Assembly: GCF_000025925.1 (NCBI RefSeq)
Contig: NC_014033.1
Coordinates: forward strand, 390,001 to 422,000
DNA: 32,000 nt
Reading direction: 5' to 3'
From: Xylanibacter ruminicola 23
GTDB lineage: Bacteria > Bacteroidota > Bacteroidia > Bacteroidales > Bacteroidaceae
Part shown: positions 1 to 8,270 of the stretch, in pieces
Layout: every line of letters begins with the position of its first letter
Position numbering within the stretch: the first letter of the stretch is position 1
Position numbers and translations under genes: made by a program
The notes under the pieces: model-generated
Databases searched by the model: none
Seen by the model: the letters and a program-made list of their open reading frames with translations, nothing else
Told to the model about the DNA's origin: nothing

Positions 1-920
1 TCCTGCGGTATAACAAAGACCCCATGCTTTGTGGTTGGCAGCACTACATATCCATTACTACCGTTGCGGAACATCTCCGAAGGGTTGTCAAACGACGCCC
101 GGATAAGGACGGATCCTGTCGAGATGTCTGCTTCACCGCTAACGGCATCGAAGTGCCCTTTCTGCGGAAGTTCTTCACCCCAGGTAGTATAGAGCGAGAC
201 AGGAGGCAACTTTTTCAGCAGTTCGTCGGAAGTACTGCAGCCGTACTCATCGAACAAGTTCACGAGCAATTCCTCTGACAACGTGACATAAGCATAGATA
301 TGCTTGTTGGCCGCTACGGTGGCAATAGGCAGACTGCTGGTAGGGAACACGACATTATCTTCGAGGAAATTCAGAATACTAATGGTTCCGTCAACAGGGC
401 TGTAGATGGTAGTGTAATTCAGGTTGGAACGCGCAGATGCCAGTTCCGCCTGGGCAGCCTCGAGTTGGGCCGCAGCATCTTCTTTGGCATAACGCGCCCG
501 GAGTAGGTCATTCTCACCCACCATCTGCTGTGCATAGAGCTTCTCTTTACCATCTAAGTTCAGTTGCGCCGTGGAGAGTGCAGCACGGGCTGTCCTCACC
601 TTGGCTTTTGCGGCATTGGCAGCAGCGATGTAGGGAGCTTGGTCGATGATGAAGAGCGGCTGCCCTTTCTTCACGCGACTACCTTCCTTCACGCAAACCT
701 TCTTCAATGTCCCTCCAATAAGAGCACACACATCCACATTCTCTTTGCCCTCTATCTTTGCCACAAACCGGCGCTCTAACGTGTAGTTCTGTTTCTCTAC
801 ACGCAACGTCTTATATGTGTTGGCGGGGCTGGATGCTGTTTCCCCGCAGCCGGTCACCAATGTCTGTATGCACAAAAGCATCAGAAAGCTCCATAAAGTG
901 TATCGTGAAAATCTTTTCAT
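1..920 (-). CDS. Efflux transporter periplasmic adaptor subunit (HlyD/membrane-fusion family lipoprotein); the N-terminal ~306 codons are present and the C-terminus runs off the left edge
   Basis: Absent from the ORF track because it is open at the window edge. Reverse translation from the ATG (918-920) gives MKRFSRYTLWSFLMLLCIQTLVTGCGETAS (signal peptide plus lipobox). It continues ...KKGQPLFIIDQAPYIAAANAAKAKVRTARAALSTAQLNLDGKEKLYAQQ...NLNYTTIYSPVDGTISI, the lipoyl/coiled-coil-hairpin layout of AcrA/HlyD-type adaptors. Its ATG overlaps the MATE stop codon (ATGA, 917-920). Confidence 0.8.
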   Translation of the reverse strand, partial: MKRFSRYTLWSFLMLLCIQTLVTGCGETASSPANTYKTLRVEKQNYTLERRFVAKIEGKENVDVCALIGGTLKKVCVKEGSRVKKGQPLFIIDQAPYIAAANAAKAKVRTARAALSTAQLNLDGKEKLYAQQMVGENDLLRARYAKEDAAAQLEAAQAELASARSNLNYTTIYSPVDGTISILNFLEDNVVFPTSSLPIATVAANKHIYAYVTLSEELLVNLFDEYGCSTSDELLKKLPPVSLYTTWGEELPQKGHFDAVSGEADISTGSVLIRASFDNPSEMFRNGSNGYVVLPTTKHGVFVIPQ

Positions 921-2287
921 ACTTTATTATTTTGAATGTTCTTGTAATTCTGAAGCAATTTGAATAGGATGATCACTGTTACAGTTCCAACCACGACATC
1001 AGTCGCAGGCTGTGCCAGGAATACACCCATATCGGCATGATCTGTCAGTAGGCGAGGCAGGAGCCAAACAAAAGGTACAAGCAGAAGCAATGTACGTGAG
1101 ATGCCTATCCAGAAAGTGAGTACGGGCCGGTTCATGGCCTGCAGCGTACACTGGCTGGCAAACTGCACTGTAGCCACGAAGAACACCACGAACGAGAGGC
1201 GAACCATCGGTACGGCGTAGTCCACCATAGGACCATCGCCAACAACCAATCGTACCACCGGCTCTGTCAGGATCATCATCAACAGGCACACCATCATGGA
1301 CCATACTAATGTAAATGCGAGCAACAACTTGACATTGTCCCATACCCGCTGCCATTTTCCAGCCCCCAGATTATAACTCGTTATTGGTTGGGAACCATAA
1401 GCCATGCCACGGACAGGAAAGAAAAGGAAGTCGTGAAGCATGATGACGAGTGCCATCGTGCCAACGCCCCAATCGCCAGCCAGATGGTAGAGTGTCTGGT
1501 TGTAAACGCCCATCTGCGCTGTTTCGGCCAGCATCATCGCCATGGGTGCTGTTCCCAAAGCCAGGCAAGGCACTATATGCCGCCAGTCCAGACTCAGAAG
1601 CTTCATCCGGATCCGCAGATTGCCCACACGTGCAAGCATCACAATAGCGACGACGGCAGAAGTTACCTCAGCCACAGTGGTAGCCCATGCTGCTCCGGCT
1701 ATACCCCAACCAAACAGGAATATAAAGATGGGGTCGAGTATCATGTTAATCACGATACCAGACCCGATTACAAAGAGTGCTTCGTTGGAGTATCCCTGAA
1801 CGAGCAGAAACGGTGCCAGCATGCTTGATATGATGCATGCCGCATTGCCGGGGGTGGAAATGCGCAGATAGCACTCGGCCATGGCAGCTGTCTGTGGACT
1901 ACCGCCAAAAATACGTATAAGTTCGGGGCAGAATACTTCTACTAAAAGCAAGGTGAGTATGGCTAACAAAATACTGAACGCCATCATGCTGCCAAGTGTG
2001 CGTTCGGCCTGATGGTGATGGCCCTGGCCCAATATCAAACCTACACGCGATGAGATGCCCGTACCCGTCAGTTCGGCTAGCGCAATAATCATATATACAA
2101 TAGGTACGCAAACCCCCGATGCCGTGAAAGCCAACTGCCCCACGTCGGGTATATGGGCTATCCAGATACGGTCCACAACATTATTCAGCAACATCAATAG
2201 TTGCTGTAACACCACTGGCACCGTCATCGATACGAACAGCCTGCGGATGGGTTCCGTGCCTAATCTCTGGTCAGTCAAAATCGTCAA
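917..2287 (-). CDS. MATE family efflux transporter
   Basis: 456-aa polytopic hydrophobic protein. The N-terminus ...IRRLFVSMTVPVVLQQLLMLLNNVVDRIWIAHIPDVGQLAFTASGV... is typical of MATE/NorM-like proteins. It is translationally coupled to the downstream adaptor gene. A TATATTTG -7 box lies upstream (complement of 2328-2335). Confidence 0.85.
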   Translation of the reverse strand: MTILTDQRLGTEPIRRLFVSMTVPVVLQQLLMLLNNVVDRIWIAHIPDVGQLAFTASGVCVPIVYMIIALAELTGTGISSRVGLILGQGHHHQAERTLGSMMAFSILLAILTLLLVEVFCPELIRIFGGSPQTAAMAECYLRISTPGNAACIISSMLAPFLLVQGYSNEALFVIGSGIVINMILDPIFIFLFGWGIAGAAWATTVAEVTSAVVAIVMLARVGNLRIRMKLLSLDWRHIVPCLALGTAPMAMMLAETAQMGVYNQTLYHLAGDWGVGTMALVIMLHDFLFFPVRGMAYGSQPITSYNLGAGKWQRVWDNVKLLLAFTLVWSMMVCLLMMILTEPVVRLVVGDGPMVDYAVPMVRLSFVVFFVATVQFASQCTLQAMNRPVLTFWIGISRTLLLLVPFVWLLPRLLTDHADMGVFLAQPATDVVVGTVTVIILFKLLQNYKNIQNNKV

Positions 2288-2451
2288 TCAATTAGAGCCC
2301 CTATTTGGGCGTTTTTGGTTTTGATAACAAATATAAGCAAAAGAATCCACACCTCCAAGTTAAAATGGTGTGGTGATTTGTATTTTACGGTTTTTTAAAT
2401 AATTTTGCAAAATTTGGCATTTTGAACGGCTGAATGTAAGGGATTATACCT

Positions 2452-2459
2452 TATATTTG
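2452..2459 (+). promoter_or_regulatory. Canonical Bacteroidetes -7 promoter box (TATATTTG)
   Basis: Matches the TAnnTTTG consensus and sits 18 nt upstream of the ATG at 2477. Confidence 0.5.
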
Positions 2460-2476
2460 CAAAAAATATAAATATT

Positions 2477-3235
2477 ATGAGAAAGGTTTTTAATTGGCTG
2501 ATGGCTGCCATCCTTACATTATGCGGTATGGGTGCGTTGGTGTCGTGTGGCAATAGTGATAATCGTACCACACCCAATGTAACACCGCTCACAAAGTGGC
2601 AGGCCGGTAAGATCGTAAGTGCTGAGGCTATAGAAGCCTACGGTGGTATCGACAAGTGTTTTGCTGCAGAACCGATACCCGACGACGTTTGGGAGCGCAT
2701 GCAGGGCAAAACCTACAAGGAGAACCCCTATATCGGACGCGACGACCTGCGCCATGTACGCGCTCTGCATTGGGACTACGACAACCGTATGCACGTGGGC
2801 GAGATGGTGTGCAACAAGCAGATAGCCGACTGCGTGGCTGGTATCCTGCGAAAGCTGTTCGATGCCAAATATCCCATCCAGCGCATGCTGTTGCCCGATG
2901 TGTATGATGCCGACGACGAGACACAGATGCGCGACAACAACTCGTCGTGTTTCTGTTATCGAAGTATCGCTGGCTCTGCCAATCTGTCGAAGCATGCCCG
3001 CGGTTTGGCCATCGACATCAATACGCTCTACAACCCCTATTATAAGGTGCGCCAGGATGGCACATTGTTTGTCCAGCCCGCCACGGCAGAGGCCTATTGC
3101 AATCGCGACTGGGACTTCCCCTACAAGATAGACCACGACGATCTCTGCTTCAAGCTCTTCATTGAGGCTGGTTTCGAGTGGGGTGGCGACTGGACCACGT
3201 GTAAGGACTATCAACATTTTGAATTAGTAGAATAA
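2477..3235 (+). CDS. M15 family zinc metallopeptidase (VanX/VanY-like D-Ala-D-Ala peptidase), probable lipoprotein
   Basis: Signal peptide plus lipobox (ALVSCGNS). SxHxxGxAxD motif (SKHARGLAIDIN). C-terminal GFEWGGDW...DYQHFE, typical of LAS/M15 peptidases. Confidence 0.8.
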   Translation: MRKVFNWLMAAILTLCGMGALVSCGNSDNRTTPNVTPLTKWQAGKIVSAEAIEAYGGIDKCFAAEPIPDDVWERMQGKTYKENPYIGRDDLRHVRALHWDYDNRMHVGEMVCNKQIADCVAGILRKLFDAKYPIQRMLLPDVYDADDETQMRDNNSSCFCYRSIAGSANLSKHARGLAIDINTLYNPYYKVRQDGTLFVQPATAEAYCNRDWDFPYKIDHDDLCFKLFIEAGFEWGGDWTTCKDYQHFELVE

Positions 3236-3296
3236 CAATTCGTCCCACCATCACCAACGGCCTCATGGCCTGTTTCGTAACCGAAACGGAGAAGTG

Positions 3297-3380
3297 AAAA
3301 ATCCAAAAGTAGGGGCAAAAAATCGCCATTTTTATCCAAAAGTAGGGGCAAAAACACTATTTGTTTAATGAACTTACAAA
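3297..3380. repeat. 84-bp direct repeat, left copy (identical to 4820-4903)
   Basis: aaaaatccaaaagtaggggcaaaaaatcgccatttttatccaaaagtaggggcaaaaacactatttgtttaatgaacttacaaa, compared base by base with the right copy without finding a mismatch. Contains an internal 2x ATCCAAAAGTAGGGGCAAAAA sub-repeat. Confidence 0.95.
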
Positions 3381-3416
3381 CTGCGCTAAATTATCCACAC
3401 AGTTTGTACCAAGAAA

Positions 3417-3450
3417 ATGGATGCAGGCCGCTAATCGCGCCTGCATCCAT
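3417..3450 (-). terminator. Intrinsic terminator-like hairpin downstream of the AAA ATPase gene
   Basis: 12-bp perfect stem (atggatgcaggc / gcctgcatccat) with a 10-nt loop, immediately after the stop codon (3451-3453). It is followed in the transcript sense by TTTTCTT. Confidence 0.7.
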
Positions 3451-4719
3451 CTATTTCAATAACCACTTCCAAACAGGTATGACCTCGATGGTACCGTGCT
3501 GATCGGTGATGGTTTCTTCTTCATCGTAGGTAAGTATAATACGACGGTTGCATGTCAGACGGCGAGGGAGCTTCTGGAGAGCTTCCGTCTCGCGTTTTCG
3601 GGTGTCTTCATCGTGCAGGGAGTAACTTACTTGGATAGCCAGCTCGGCTTCAGGAACATAAAAGTCAACTTCAAAGCTATCGTTATAAAAGAACACACGC
3701 TCGTTTTCTGGATCGTGGCCATAAATGCGGAACAATTGGAGGGCTACAAGATTCTCGAGCTGCATGGCGTCTTTGTCGATAAGGAACAAACCGAGTATGC
3801 CGGTGTCGATGAAATAGTATTTGCAGTTACTTTCCTTATCTGCTAATGCTGATGAGTAGTTACGCAGTCGTAGTAACAACCAGGCATCTTCGCAGTATTC
3901 TACATATTTGATAGTAGTGGCAAGGCTGAGCTTACCGCCAACACTTGAAAGCAGGTTGTTTATGCGGTTATAGGAGATTGGACGGCATACGCTCTCTGCC
4001 ATTTTCCTTACCAATACACGGATACCAGAAACGTTGGTAATCTTGTTACGGGCGATGATGTCACCCATGTATATCTTTTGATATACACTGCTCAGATAGT
4101 TGCGCTTGGCTGGTAGCAGTGCAGCTGCGGGCAATCCGCCATCGTGAAGATAGTCATCGAAACAACGTATAATTTTAGCGCGTCCTTCGGTAGAGAGAAT
4201 GTCTAATTCGGCAGTAGGCACCTGATGTACAGCCAAGAACTCCTTGAAACTGTAGGGATAGACTTCGGCTATTAGAAAACGCCCACCAAGGGTGGTGTTT
4301 ATCTCACCCGAAAGCATCTTTGCGTTTGAACCAGTGATAAAGATGGTATATTGGCTGTCGGCCATTCTTCGTGCAAATTTGTGCCAACAATCAATGTTTT
4401 GAATCTCGTCGAGAAAAAGCATGGGGCGTTTGCCATACATCTCCTGATGACATTCCAACAGACGGTTGAAGTCGTCGGTATCGAAGTTTTCAAGGCGCTC
4501 ATCCTCAAAACTGAGATATAGCATTTCGTCCCACTTATGTCCTTGGGCAAGTAATTGCTGGATGACATGATATAGCATATATGATTTGCCAGCTCTGCGC
4601 ACACCAACCAGTACTCGACAGGGAAAGTCGTCGAGCTTAAGGTCTCGAGGTTCTACTACATATCGCTCCACCTCCTGTTGATTGTCCCTAAGGATCTGCT
4701 TCAAAATCTGCTTGTCCAT
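3451..4719 (-). CDS. AAA family ATPase with DUF4143-type C-terminal domain
   Basis: 422 aa. Walker A GVRRAGKS and Walker B MLFLDEIQ. The overall layout matches the AAA_14/DUF4143 ATP-binding proteins common in Bacteroidales. Confidence 0.85.
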   Translation of the reverse strand: MDKQILKQILRDNQQEVERYVVEPRDLKLDDFPCRVLVGVRRAGKSYMLYHVIQQLLAQGHKWDEMLYLSFEDERLENFDTDDFNRLLECHQEMYGKRPMLFLDEIQNIDCWHKFARRMADSQYTIFITGSNAKMLSGEINTTLGGRFLIAEVYPYSFKEFLAVHQVPTAELDILSTEGRAKIIRCFDDYLHDGGLPAAALLPAKRNYLSSVYQKIYMGDIIARNKITNVSGIRVLVRKMAESVCRPISYNRINNLLSSVGGKLSLATTIKYVEYCEDAWLLLRLRNYSSALADKESNCKYYFIDTGILGLFLIDKDAMQLENLVALQLFRIYGHDPENERVFFYNDSFEVDFYVPEAELAIQVSYSLHDEDTRKRETEALQKLPRRLTCNRRIILTYDEEETITDQHGTIEVIPVWKWLLK

Positions 4720-4746
4720 TGTTCGTTCGTTTTATAAATCTGGGAG

Positions 4747-4754
4747 CAAATATA
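4747..4754 (-). promoter_or_regulatory. Canonical -7 promoter box (TATATTTG on minus strand) for the ATPase gene
   Basis: The complement of caaatata matches TAnnTTTG and lies about 28 nt upstream of the ATG at 4719. Confidence 0.5.
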
Positions 4755-4819
4755 CGAATTGTTTAATGAATTTACAAATAATTCGCCATTTTTATTTAAT
4801 GAATTAAACAAAATTACAC

Positions 4820-4903
4820 AAAAATCCAAAAGTAGGGGCAAAAAATCGCCATTTTTATCCAAAAGTAGGGGCAAAAACACTATTTGTTTAATGAACTTAC
4901 AAA
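4820..4903. repeat. 84-bp direct repeat, right copy (identical to 3297-3380)
   Basis: Same 84-nt string as 3297-3380. Degenerate fragments of it (tcgccatttttat, ttgtttaatgaatttacaaa, tttgtttaatgagttaaacaaa) also occur at 4759-4810 and 4914-4937. Confidence 0.95.
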
Positions 4904-4971
4904 TATTTCCTTGTTTTTGTTTAATGAGTTAAACAAAACAGGCTATAAGTGGTGCCTCCGATAAAATATCC

Positions 4972-5008
4972 CTTCCTGTTTATGTGAATAAATGAATACT
5001 TGAATATA
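4972..5008 (+). repeat. Repeat family A copy 1 (CTTCCTGT..ATGTGAATAAATGAATAnTTGAATA)
   Basis: cttcctgtttatgtgaataaatgaatacttgaatata. TGAATA occurs three times at an 8-nt period (4985, 4993, 5001). The last unit is part of the 12-nt palindrome tgaatatattca (5001-5012). Confidence 0.8.
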
Positions 5009-5086
5009 TTCATACGTATGAATTGTTTTTCTGATTTCCATCCAACATACTATACTTAATCCTCAGAAACAATAATACTGTTGCGT

Positions 5087-5329
5087 ATGAGATACAATAA
5101 ACAAGTCTGGGGCGGTGTGTGGAAATATACAAAGCTGTATTTGTTTATTTTCCTTTTTACCTATTTCGCTGCTGACGTGTGGCGTCTGGCAACAGGAGAT
5201 CTGTTCCCCCTAAGGAAGAAAGGCATACTGGTCGAATGGCTGGTTCAAAAATCCGACGACCAAGCATACACAGCCGTCAGGGTTACATACACATACCACG
5301 AACCTCTTCCTGTACATGTGAATAAATGA
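5087..5329 (+). CDS. Small membrane protein (about 80 aa), paralogous N-terminus to ORF 8037-8243
   Basis: Taking the ATG at 5087 (the track starts at TTG 5081) gives MRYNKQVWGGVWKYTKLYLFIFLFTYFAADVW..., with one hydrophobic helix. The N-terminus parallels MRFYKKVWGIIWEF of ORF 8037-8243. The 3' end overlaps repeat A copy 2, so it is uncertain whether this ORF is really coding. Confidence 0.4.
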   Translation: MRYNKQVWGGVWKYTKLYLFIFLFTYFAADVWRLATGDLFPLRKKGILVEWLVQKSDDQAYTAVRVTYTYHEPLPVHVNK

Positions 5330-5340
5330 ATATTTGAATA
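5306..5340 (+). repeat. Repeat family A copy 2
   Basis: cttcctgtacatgtgaataaatgaatatttgaata, followed 8 nt later by island promoter motif m1. Confidence 0.8.
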
Positions 5341-5347
5341 CTTTCCT

Positions 5348-5385
5348 TGTTAGATATTTCCCTTTTCGTGTACTAATACTATAGA
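5348..5385 (+). promoter_or_regulatory. Island promoter-like motif m1 (TGTTAGAT-N12-GTGT-ACTA-ATACTATAGA)
   Basis: tgttagatatttcccttttcgtgtactaatactataga, with TGTTAGAT 63 nt upstream of the ATG at 5411. A TTAAAAAC leader element follows. Confidence 0.6.
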
Positions 5386-5410
5386 ATGTTTCATTAAAAA
5401 CGTAATAATT

Positions 5411-5959
5411 ATGGCTTTATACAGTATTGAAAGCGAGCAGTGCCTCGGAATGTCCCATCACGGTGCAGTAACAGTAAACGGTGAGAGTGCAGTAGAACTC
5501 TCTGACGAGGAAGTGAACATCCTCGTCCAGCTTATCAAAGAGAAGGGAACCACCGATGTCGATGAGCTTGGCATCGCTACAACTCATCCTGATCTTTACG
5601 AGAAACTCGACGATGCTTATCGTAATATGGCCTACAAAGCTGAAGAGCTCCACTGGCTATGGGAGGGTTATCACAACGGGTACTTTGAGTATGATACCGA
5701 GGAACTGATGAACTATTGCGAGCAGGAACTTGGTTTTAGTTTTGAATCTGATGAGACAGACTGCGATTCTGATGATGTTGAAGAAGAAAAGTATGATGCC
5801 TTCTATGAGTGGCTCGATGACTACGTCAACGAACTGTCGGATGATGAGGCTGCATCCTTCTTCTATAATCATATGAATGCTAGTCTTGACATGGACTATG
5901 TGGAATATTCTGTTGAGATTCCTGCAGGTATAATCAAAAAATCTCAGGAGGTGTGTTAG
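5411..5959 (+). CDS. Hypothetical highly acidic protein (182 aa)
   Basis: Intact ORF behind motif m1. D/E-rich, especially ...FESDETDCDSDDVEEEKYDAFYEWLDDYVNELSDDEAASFF.... No family recognised. Confidence 0.6.
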   Translation: MALYSIESEQCLGMSHHGAVTVNGESAVELSDEEVNILVQLIKEKGTTDVDELGIATTHPDLYEKLDDAYRNMAYKAEELHWLWEGYHNGYFEYDTEELMNYCEQELGFSFESDETDCDSDDVEEEKYDAFYEWLDDYVNELSDDEAASFFYNHMNASLDMDYVEYSVEIPAGIIKKSQEVC

Positions 5960-5991
5960 AATTTCCATATCTTGTGTACTAAGTATATGAA
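5954..5991 (+). promoter_or_regulatory. Island promoter-like motif m2
   Basis: tgttagaatttccatatcttgtgtactaagtatatgaa. It overlaps the stop codon of the acidic-protein gene and lies 83 nt upstream of the rmuC ATG. A GTTGTTAAAAC leader element follows. Confidence 0.6.
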
Positions 5992-6036
5992 GGTTGTTAA
6001 AACTAAGATTATTGTTTAATTTAAATTGATATAATT

Positions 6037-7491
6037 ATGGAATTAATGATTATTGCAATTGTGAGTGTTGTTTTTGGCGTGTTAGTGGGAGTTTGGGCTA
6101 TGCAGAACCGCCAGAAGATGCTTCAGAACCAAGTAGAGAATCTTCAGTCTCAGATGCAACATGTCAAGGATGAGGCTCAAGAGAAACTGGAAACTGTCTT
6201 GGCTGAAAAGGATAAGGCCTGTGAGAACATGATTGAGGCTAAGGACAAGGCCTGCAATAACCTGATTGATGCTCAGGAGAAGCGACATCAAGAAAGTATC
6301 GCTGCCCAGGAAACGCGTCATCAGCAGACACTTGAAGCTCAGGAAAAGAGGCACAAGGAGGCTATTGCTGCGCAGGAGAAGAGACAGCAAGAAGCACTAT
6401 CAGCCCAGCAGTCACGCTTCAATGAAACTATGCAGAAAGTTACTGCACAGGTCAAATCGGCTACCGAAGATCTTCTGAAAAAGCGTCAGGAGGAGTTTGC
6501 TGCGGCGAGTAATGAGAATATTGGCCAGATTGTAAACCCACTCAAGGAGTCGCTCGACAAGATGAAACGAGCTATGGATGAGAGTACCCTTAAGCAGACA
6601 GAAATGGGGGGAGAGATGAAGTCTCAAATTTCTATCATGATGAGACAGAGTGAAGCTGCCAAGAAGAGTGCTGATGAACTTGCAAATGTCCTCAAACACC
6701 GTTCAAAGGTACAGGGTGACTGGGGTGAGACTGTTCTCGATGAATTGCTGGAGTCTCAGGGACTTACCAGAGGTGTACATTACGATGTGCAGCCCTATCT
6801 CAGAGACAAGAATGGCGACATCATTGTGTCAGACGAAGGTTCGAAGATGCGCCCAGACGTGATACTTCACTTGGATAAACAGCGCGAAGTGATTATCGAC
6901 TCAAAAGTGTCGTTGACAGCTTTTATGGACTACGCGAATGCAGAGAACGAGGAAGATAGGGATAGATTCCTGAAGGCACATGTCGATAGTATTAACAAAC
7001 ATGTGAAGGAACTGTCAACTAAAGACTACTCTTCATACATCAAGGCGCCCAAGGTTAAGATGGACTACGTCATCATGTTTGTGCCTCACACTGGTGCCCT
7101 TTGGACTGCACTGAATGCACAACCCGACCTTTGGCGAAAGGCTATGGATAAGAATGTGTTCATTGCCGATGAGCAGTCGCTGTTCGCTGCACTGCGTATC
7201 ATCAATCTTACCTGGACTCAGATCGCCCAGGCTCAGAATCAGGAGGAAGTATTCAGACTGGCTAATGAGATTCTCGACAGAGTAGGGCAGTTCATGAAAA
7301 AGTATCAGGCTATCGGCAAAGCCTTGAGTAATGCTACTGAAGCCTACAATGATGGCGAAAAGAAGCTGCAGCCCAGCGGTCAGAGCATCCTGCAGTCTTG
7401 TGGCAAGCTCATTAAGGTCGGTGCCAAGCAGAGTGTCAGGAATCCATTACCACAGCTTGCTGACGACGGAACTGATGTTTTATGTGCATAG
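6037..7491 (+). CDS. rmuC: DNA recombination protein RmuC (N-terminal TM helix, coiled coil, RmuC nuclease-like domain)
   Basis: 484 aa. N-terminal hydrophobic helix, then a long coiled coil. The C-terminal region ...RPDVILHLDKQREVIIDSKVSLTAF...DYVIMFVPHTGAL... is typical of the RmuC family (restriction-endonuclease-like fold). Confidence 0.85.
   Translation: MELMIIAIVSVVFGVLVGVWAMQNRQKMLQNQVENLQSQMQHVKDEAQEKLETVLAEKDKACENMIEAKDKACNNLIDAQEKRHQESIAAQETRHQQTLEAQEKRHKEAIAAQEKRQQEALSAQQSRFNETMQKVTAQVKSATEDLLKKRQEEFAAASNENIGQIVNPLKESLDKMKRAMDESTLKQTEMGGEMKSQISIMMRQSEAAKKSADELANVLKHRSKVQGDWGETVLDELLESQGLTRGVHYDVQPYLRDKNGDIIVSDEGSKMRPDVILHLDKQREVIIDSKVSLTAFMDYANAENEEDRDRFLKAHVDSINKHVKELSTKDYSSYIKAPKVKMDYVIMFVPHTGALWTALNAQPDLWRKAMDKNVFIADEQSLFAALRIINLTWTQIAQAQNQEEVFRLANEILDRVGQFMKKYQAIGKALSNATEAYNDGEKKLQPSGQSILQSCGKLIKVGAKQSVRNPLPQLADDGTDVLCA
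6202..6420 (+). repeat. Tandem 33-bp (11-residue) repeats inside the rmuC coiled-coil region
   Basis: AEKDKACENMIE / AKDKACNNLID / AQEKRHQESIA / AQETRHQQTLE / AQEKRHKEAIA / AQEKRQQEALS / AQQSRF. The repeats are also visible at DNA level as gctcaggagaag-type units. Confidence 0.8.
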
Positions 7492-7527
7492 CACTTTTCG
7501 CTCTGTTTCTCAATAATCAGGTCTTTC

Positions 7528-7565
7528 AAATGGGCGGATCTTCATGATTCGCTCATTTTTTTCGT
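7528..7565 (+). terminator. Terminator-like hairpin after rmuC
   Basis: aaatgggcg ... cgctcattt forms a 9-bp stem with one mismatch, followed by a T-run (tttttttcg). Confidence 0.5.
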
Positions 7566-7571
7566 CCATGA

Positions 7572-7609
7572 TGTTAGATTTGTACTTTTCTGTGTACTAA
7601 TACATATGA
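7572..7609 (+). promoter_or_regulatory. Island promoter-like motif m3
   Basis: tgttagatttgtacttttctgtgtactaatacatatga, 85 nt upstream of the ATG at 7657. A CTGTTTAAAAC leader element follows. Confidence 0.6.
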
Positions 7610-7656
7610 GAGCTGTTTAAAACGGATTTATTGTTAAATTAAAAAATATTACAATT

Positions 7657-8040
7657 ATGACAGAACTGAGAAACAATTCCGAGTGCATGACACCCAGCAT
7701 GAACGCCCCTGTGCGTAACATCCACATCATCCCTGCCGGTGACATCCCTTATGAGGTGCGAATGAAGTACATCCTCAGAGCTTATCGTAAAGACAAGGAA
7801 CGTCTCGAGCAACTTCAACGCTATGCTGAGGGGCTAGAAGAGGAAAACGTTGCCCTTCAGAAGCAGCTCGAACAGAAGAAACTGGACAAAGAGGTTTCTA
7901 CTAAGAGAAAGAAGAAAATCTTTGAATTGACGCATCTTACCCAGAGTCAGAAGGTCTATATCGGTAGTCTTCAGCTTCTTCTTGCTGAACACGGTATACC
8001 TTTCCATGAAATGAAAACATTAATAACAATAACGAAATGA
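7657..8040 (+). CDS. Hypothetical coiled-coil protein (127 aa)
   Basis: Intact ORF behind motif m3. The central segment KDKERLEQLQRYAEGLEEENVALQKQLEQKKLDKE is coiled-coil-like. An ATGA overlap couples it to the next ORF. Confidence 0.55.
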   Translation: MTELRNNSECMTPSMNAPVRNIHIIPAGDIPYEVRMKYILRAYRKDKERLEQLQRYAEGLEEENVALQKQLEQKKLDKEVSTKRKKKIFELTHLTQSQKVYIGSLQLLLAEHGIPFHEMKTLITITK

Positions 8041-8243
8041 GATTTTATAAAAAAGTTTGGGGTATTATCTGGGAGTTTAACTCCATAGGTGAGTATATTA
8101 GTTTCTGCATTGGTAGGCTCTTGGGCGCCATCATATTCTTTGTTGGCCTGTATCTACTGGTAGAGTGTAGTGGCTCCGATGCCACTACCAATCCAGAATA
8201 CGACTACGAGCCCATCCCCGCCAGTTTCTATCAGTATGACTAA
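8037..8243 (+). CDS. Small membrane protein (68 aa), paralog of ORF 5087-5329
   Basis: MRFYKKVWGIIWEF... followed by a hydrophobic helix (LLGAIIFFVGLYLLV). Start/stop overlap (ATGA at 8037-8040) with the upstream ORF. Confidence 0.45.
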   Translation: MRFYKKVWGIIWEFNSIGEYISFCIGRLLGAIIFFVGLYLLVECSGSDATTNPEYDYEPIPASFYQYD

Positions 8244-8270
8244 GAGATGGGCCCGCCTTGTTGTGGTATT

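Noticed and set aside
24-967. Five short plus-strand ORFs (24-278, 300-506, 437-649, 564-779, 758-967) listed in the track
   Set aside because: They lie antisense to a continuous minus-strand reading frame that encodes a convincing HlyD/MFP adaptor lipoprotein (1-920), so they are shadow ORFs.
2519-3217. 232-aa minus-strand ORF
   Set aside because: It is antisense to the M15 peptidase gene, which has clear catalytic motifs and a signal peptide. The antisense translation is compositionally odd and has no motifs.
5025-5060. Degenerate resemblance to the island motif upstream of the small ORF at 5087 (ttttctgatttccatccaacatactatactt)
   Set aside because: The TGTTAGAT box is not preserved and the 20-nt spacing cannot be satisfied. 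At best it is a decayed copy.
3236-5086. Search for a tRNA gene, integrase or transposase at the core/island junction
   Set aside because: No cloverleaf-compatible sequence and no recombinase-like ORF could be identified. Only the 84-bp direct repeats, the ATPase cassette and repeat A copy 1 are present.
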